DNA of 64,000 nucleotides from Candidatus Yanofskybacteria bacterium (lineage in GTDB: Bacteria > Patescibacteriota > Minisyncoccia > 2-02-FULL-40-12 > IGHO2-12-FULL-4). The notes beneath the pieces are model-generated. The model made no database searches and was not told where the DNA came from. It saw nothing but the letters and a program-made list of their open reading frames with translations. Positions 63,463 through 64,000 of the stretch are shown here, piece after piece; position 1 is the stretch's first letter; every line of letters begins with the position of its first letter. The DNA is taken from NCBI GenBank assembly GCA_016185525.1, contig JACPNK010000002.1, forward strand, positions 75,616 to 139,615, in the 5' to 3' direction. Made by a program: the position numbers and the translations under genes.

Positions 63463-64000
63463 ATGACAAAGAAAGTCATTGAAGTCCAAAAAAGAGACAA
63501 TTTAACGGTAATTTTTATAGATAATCCGCCTTACAACTTTCTTTCAGCTCAAGTTTTTGCAGAACTTAAAGAGGCCTTGTTGGAAGCGCAATCGGATCCG
63601 AATACGGAGACTGTGGTTATTACCGGCCGGGGCATATTTTCAGCAGGCGCGGATGTAAAAGAAATATGGAAGATTATTGAAAGCGGAGACAAAGAAAAAG
63701 CTCTGGCCTTGGTTAGAGAGGCAAATTCCGTCACTAACTTGATAGAGAATTTGGATAAACTGACTGTGGCCGCCATTGAAGGCCCGTGCTATGGAGGCGG
63801 AAATGAAATCGCAATGGCTTGCGCCTTGAGAGTTGCTTCAGAAGACGCAAAGTTTGCCCAACCGGAGATAAACCTGGGGATTATGCCCGGCATGGGCGGA
63901 ACCCAACGTTTGCCGAGACTGGTCGGCATTCACCGGGCTCTTTCTATGCTTTTGTCTGGCAACGCCATTTCAGCCAAAGAAGCAAAAGAATTAGACTTGG
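63463..64000 (+). CDS. enoyl-CoA hydratase/crotonase (3' end beyond window)
   Basis: GAGGAAAAAATA-ATG; crotonase motifs ITGRGIFSAGADVKE and GPCYGGGNEIAMAC; not in ORF table because no stop in window. Confidence 0.85.
   Translation, partial: MTKKVIEVQKRDNLTVIFIDNPPYNFLSAQVFAELKEALLEAQSDPNTETVVITGRGIFSAGADVKEIWKIIESGDKEKALALVREANSVTNLIENLDKLTVAAIEGPCYGGGNEIAMACALRVASEDAKFAQPEINLGIMPGMGGTQRLPRLVGIHRALSMLLSGNAISAKEAKELDL

Noticed and set aside
1-64000. CRISPR array / cas genes
   Set aside because: No regularly spaced direct repeats were seen. The only tandem repeats are 7-mers inside a CDS and the 21-nt operator-like pair at 39028-39069.
1-64000. Alternative genetic code (UGA=Gly, code 25)
   Set aside because: Long conserved genes (lysS, serS, glmS, dnaX, the ATPase) are uninterrupted under the standard code. 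The only in-frame stop noted is a TAG at 2883.

Overview
This is a gene-dense, low-GC 64 kb chromosomal window. Its gene content suggests a reduced-genome bacterium, possibly CPR/Patescibacteria-like, though this is inference from content only. All protein family calls below are from reading motifs in the translations; no database search was run.

Housekeeping genes: lysS, serS, alr, an ftsQ-like gene, glmS, dnaX, glgA, a GH13 TreS-like amylase, an M24 peptidase, a purA-like gene, a 3-hydroxyacyl-CoA dehydrogenase and a partial crotonase. There is also a frameshifted histidine-phosphatase pseudogene.

Membrane and redox content: two GT-C (GT39-like) glycosyltransferase genes, one carrying heptanucleotide tandem repeats; a DsbA-VKOR pair plus CcdA and DUF1573; and a P1B heavy-metal ATPase with an unusual CPD motif.

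Accessory content at the window centre: a tRNA-Gln(UUG) gene, followed immediately by a Type II R-M operon (N4C/N6A beta-class MTase plus an MvaI/BcnI-family REase) that is translationally coupled to an unknown two-TM protein. Downstream, a HAD hydrolase and uridine-kinase-like segment is flanked by two copies of a GC-rich repeat. The repeat core is identical over 85 nt and contains a perfect 24-bp palindrome. I rate this repeat as the most likely undescribed RNA or mobile element in the window.

Second candidate system: a minus-strand cluster of two paralogous vWA-domain proteins sharing a nucleotide-identical 27-nt 3' end that encodes KKGGGLKV, plus a 224-aa unknown and a 644-aa classical AAA+ ATPase. 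Divergently transcribed from it are a 652-aa protein with a C-terminal Pol-beta-type nucleotidyltransferase motif, a PK/HpcH-like TIM-barrel protein and a PurA homolog.

Candidate structured RNAs or regulatory elements:
- a three-way-junction element at 20350..20473;
- a ~175-nt rod-like hairpin between serS and alr;
- a tandem direct-repeat operator upstream of the DUF167 gene;
- 5'-terminal hairpins abutting the SD sequences of two minus-strand genes;
- a duplicated terminator-promoter module that appears to give leaderless mRNAs;
- a duplicated promoter/operator upstream of two paralogous small genes, one of which carries an in-frame amber codon.

No CRISPR array, integrase or rRNA was seen.
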